Source: an uncultured Flavobacteriales bacterium
GTDB lineage: Bacteria > Bacteroidota > Bacteroidia > AKYH767-A > 2013-40CM-41-45
NCBI GenBank assembly: GCA_964486655.1
Contig: CAZAON010000436.1
Coordinates: forward strand, 1-56,668
Length of the DNA stretch: 56,668 bases
Direction: 5' to 3'
The translations under genes were made by a program, and so were the position numbers. Positions 55,101 through 56,668 of this stretch are shown here, piece after piece; position 1 is the first letter of the stretch, and every line of letters starts with the position of its first letter. Under the pieces are notes generated by a model. It searched no databases. It was given only the letters and a program-made list of their open reading frames with translations, and was not told the DNA's origin.

Positions 55101-56668
55101 CAGGTTATTAGCAGTAGAATTTGCCACATAGGCATAATTGCCCGAAACGGCTATTGAAATACTACCACCACCGGTTGCCAAAGAGCCTACACCCACCGGG
55201 GATGAAGGGTTAATTAAACTATAGATATATACAGTATTACTGGCTCCGGCATTTACTACATAGGCATAATTGCCTGATATTACTATTGAACTTGGATTCG
55301 TTCCTGTTCCCACCGAATTAGTAATTATTGGTGATGAAGGATTACTGATGTCGATTACTTTCATGGTATTACTAGTGTATGTTACCACGTAAGCATAATT
55401 CCCCGATATGGCAATTGAACTGGGATTGCCACCCGTTGACACAGAGCCTTCTATAATTGGTGATGCAGGATTGGAAATATTGATTACTTGCATGGAACTG
55501 TTACTATGATTTGTCACATAGGCATAATTGCCGGAAACTGCTATTGAAGAAGGAAAATTGCCGGTTGCCACGGAGCCCACCACTGTTGGCGTTGCGGGAT
55601 TAGTAATATTTATTACTTGCATGGTATTACTACTAAAATTTGCTACATAGGCATAATTACCCGATACAGCTAATGATTGAGGATTTGATCCTGTTGCCAC
55701 AGAGCCTGCTAACACCGGACAAGATAATGTTGGCGAAACAGGTGAACTTAAAACATCATTTCCGGTTATACTACTCCAACTTGCCAACCCTGCTGCATCA
55801 CTTTTTAATACTTTACCCGCACCCTGGGTGCCATCGGTTATTTTTATAGAACCAGCTAAATCTAATTTGGCATTAGGGTTTGTCGTGCCAATACCAACGT
55901 TTCCACCATTATTAAAAATATTACTTGAGTTTACTACCCACATTGTGTCATTCCAATAAGGGGTATTGCCTGCTGCAGCACCACTTGATAATAAACCCGC
56001 AGGTCCTTGTGGACCCGCTACACCATCATTACCGGGAATACCCTGCGGACCTGTTAATCCAATTGGCCCCTGAGGACCGGTTGCGCCGTCATTACCTGGA
56101 ACACCCTGTGGTCCGGTTAATCCAATTGGCCCCTGAGGGCCGGTTGCTCCATCATTTCCCGGTATACCTTGTGGGCCTGTTAATCCAATTGGACCCTGAG
56201 GGCCGGTTGCTCCATCATTACCTGGAACACCTTGCGGACCAGTTAATCCAATCGGGCCCTGTGGACCTGCCACACCAGGCACGTTAGCTTTTTCGGCATA
56301 CAATGCATACGGCACACTTAGCATTTGTTGTGTACCCATATCAATGTAACTACTGCCACCTGTGACATCCATCTCCACCTGAATAAATTTTGAACCTCCA
56401 CCCCAGTTAATAGTTGCAAAGGTTCCTATAACAGCGGCTCCCTGTCCGATGTTGACAGTAAACAAACCAAGACTGTTCGTAGTTGCACTTTGCGTTTCCT
56501 TATAGACAACTGTACCGACTGCCGTTGCATCGTGTATGCTGAAACGCAGTGAGATGCTCTGGTTGGAAACAGGGTTGCCACCATTATCACGAGCCACTGC
56601 CTGGTAAGGGATGGCTTGAGGGGCTTGAGCCATTATTATTGTCGAATGAGCAAAGCTCAAAAACAAAA
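52155..56668 (-). CDS. giant surface/fibre protein: N-terminal domain, 2 x (collagen-like GXY tract + linker + LVIVD-type beta-propeller), C-terminal S74 intramolecular-chaperone (tail-fibre) domain; N-terminus outside window
   Basis: The frame is open to the window edge, and ...FLSFAHSTIIMAQ looks like the end of a signal peptide. GXY tracts are at nt 55995-56276 (94 aa) and 54153-54569 (139 aa), built from units like GATGPQGPIGLTGPQGIPGND. There are ~15 blades of the type GSVATG.NP.S.AVSGNYAYV.N..SNTMQVINI.NP..P. The C-terminus (52158-52547) is SDVRYKKNIQ...GVSYDF...IGVIAQEVE..FPELV...VSYEKFTPILIEAIKDQQ followed by a coiled coil. Confidence 0.85.
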   Translation of the reverse strand, partial: LFLSFAHSTIIMAQAPQAIPYQAVARDNGGNPVSNQSISLRFSIHDATAVGTVVYKETQSATTNSLGLFTVNIGQGAAVIGTFATINWGGGSKFIQVEMDVTGGSSYIDMGTQQMLSVPYALYAEKANVPGVAGPQGPIGLTGPQGVPGNDGATGPQGPIGLTGPQGIPGNDGATGPQGPIGLTGPQGVPGNDGATGPQGPIGLTGPQGIPGNDGVAGPQGPAGLLSSGAAAGNTPYWNDTMWVVNSSNIFNNGGNVGIGTTNPNAKLDLAGSIKITDGTQGAGKVLKSDAAGLASWSSITGNDVLSSPVSPTLSCPVLAGSVATGSNPQSLAVSGNYAYVANFSSNTMQVINITNPATPTVVGSVATGNFPSSIAVSGNYAYVTNHSNSSMQVINISNPASPIIEGSVSTGGNPSSIAISGNYAYVVTYTSNTMKVIDISNPSSPIITNSVGTGTNPSSIVISGNYAYVVNAGASNTVYIYSLINPSSPVGVGSLATGGGSISIAVSGNYAYVANSTANNLMVLNISNPAAPVYQTQIATGTYPRSVSLSGNYAFVTNLVSNTIQIINISNPVSPVMAGSMATGNNPNTVVVSDNYAYVTNQGSNTLIAISLVCPINYTITVNPATGQTNALPLQWNNSGNDISNANSGNVGIGTTVPSAKLEVAGQVKITGGTPGTGKVLTSDVNGLASWQSTASLVGPQGPQGDPGPQGPIGLTGNDGATGPQGPQGDPGPQGPIGLTGATGPQGVPGNDGATGPQGPIGLTGPQGIPGNDGATGPQGVPGNDGATGPQGPIGLTGPQGMPGNDGATGPQGPIGLTGPQGIPGNDGVAGPQGPAGLLSSGAAAGNTPYWNDTMWVVNSSNIFNNGGNVGIGTTSPVSKLDVAGTIKITDGTQGAGKVLKSDAAGLASWGTLTGTDVLSTAIVPSLSCPTVVGSAATGTNPNSVAVAGNYAYVVNFNANTMQVINITNPAAPVVAGSVATGSNPTSVALSGNFAYITTTSTMQVINITNPASPTVAGSVSTGFHSNSVALSGNYAYVVNFGDNNMKVINISNPASPSVTGSVATGNGPFSIAVSGNYAYVTNTNSSTMQVINISNPASPTVAGSVATGANPRSVAISGTYAFVTNFTSNTMQIINITNPAVPTVVGSVATGGNPPSVAVSGNYACVISEISNTLQVINVTNKAVPVVVSSVATGNSPLSVVVSGNYAYVANAGSNTMQVINLLCSQNFGVTINPATGLSTAIAEQWNTSGNDISNSNIGNVGIGTASPAVKLTTFFTSAGTNTIPTSGSTDGNVGFRLTGGTIALDMGTFPFGGSYLQNRVVNNFANPYQLVLNPGGGGVSIGGVNTSFAQAPFTCTIYGTTFCTSGAWSGSDVRYKKNIQSIGNALQSVMKLRGVSYDFRAEEFPDLKFEKDKQIGVIAQEVETVFPELVKTDSQGFKAVSYEKFTPILIEAIKDQQLLIESLKAENEKLKSENAKANEDMLIEIRKIKAQLGMDVKSER

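Noticed and set aside
54083-56287. Plus-strand ORFs 54083..54586, 54454..54813 and 55925..56287, encoding H/L/P/R-rich proteins.
   Set aside because: They are antisense translations of the GXY collagen-coding repeats in the minus-strand giant gene. The composition is an artefact of GGN-CCN periodicity, there are no start contexts, and the two copies merely mirror the intragenic duplication.
52155-56668. The S74 tail-fibre domain as evidence of a prophage.
   Set aside because: There are no capsid, terminase, portal, baseplate, integrase or lysis genes on the visible side. The neighbours are hipBA and ordinary chromosomal genes. The side beyond the window edge cannot be assessed.
1-56668. I looked for tRNA/rRNA genes, riboswitches and transposase or integrase genes.
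   Set aside because: No intergenic segment shows a 70-90-nt GC-rich cloverleaf-like pattern or rRNA-like sequence. No ORF has DDE, tyrosine- or serine-recombinase motifs that I could recognise. This is a by-eye search only, so tRNAscan-SE/Infernal would be needed to be certain.

Overview
This 56.7-kb chromosomal segment looks like Bacteroidota. The evidence is type A and type B T9SS C-terminal sorting domains, many signal peptides ending in AQ or a lipoprotein Cys, and TAnnTTTG-like promoter boxes. I support about 40 protein genes. I saw no rRNA, tRNA, CRISPR array, transposase, integrase or phage module. All family assignments come from reading motifs by eye; nothing was searched.

Layout:
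- 0-20 kb: mostly housekeeping genes (tdh-like SDR, cysS, glutaminyl-cyclase-like M28 lipoprotein, DUF885, dipeptide epimerase, cyclophilin), plus a 1330-aa NIDO/PKD surface protein and a secreted endonuclease I.
- 21-37 kb: a run of T9SS cargo genes, including a reprolysin-like metalloprotease, a lysyl-oxidase-like protein, a Reg_prop propeller and others.
- 37-44 kb: an ECF sigma/anti-sigma operon, a sulfite-oxidase-like Mo enzyme with cytochrome c and a cupredoxin, and a SIMPL protein.
- 44-49 kb: an exosortase module.
- 50-52 kb: a HipBA-like toxin-antitoxin pair bracketed by 52-bp direct repeats.
- 52-56.7 kb: a >1500-aa protein with collagen-like repeats, LVIVD-type propellers and an S74 tail-fibre chaperone domain, running off the window.

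Best candidates for something under-described:
1. An EpsI-fused exosortase paired with a single multi-TM VIT-domain substrate that ends in a VPEP-CTERM tail. It appears wired by a shared 23-bp operator-like motif to an upstream wHTH regulator and membrane protein pair.
2. The duplicated collagen/propeller/S74 giant protein.
3. A T9SS-exported lysyl-oxidase-like enzyme with all LOX catalytic residues.
4. A family of degenerate 7-8-bp tandem arrays and long repeat-armed hairpins confined to intergenic spacers.
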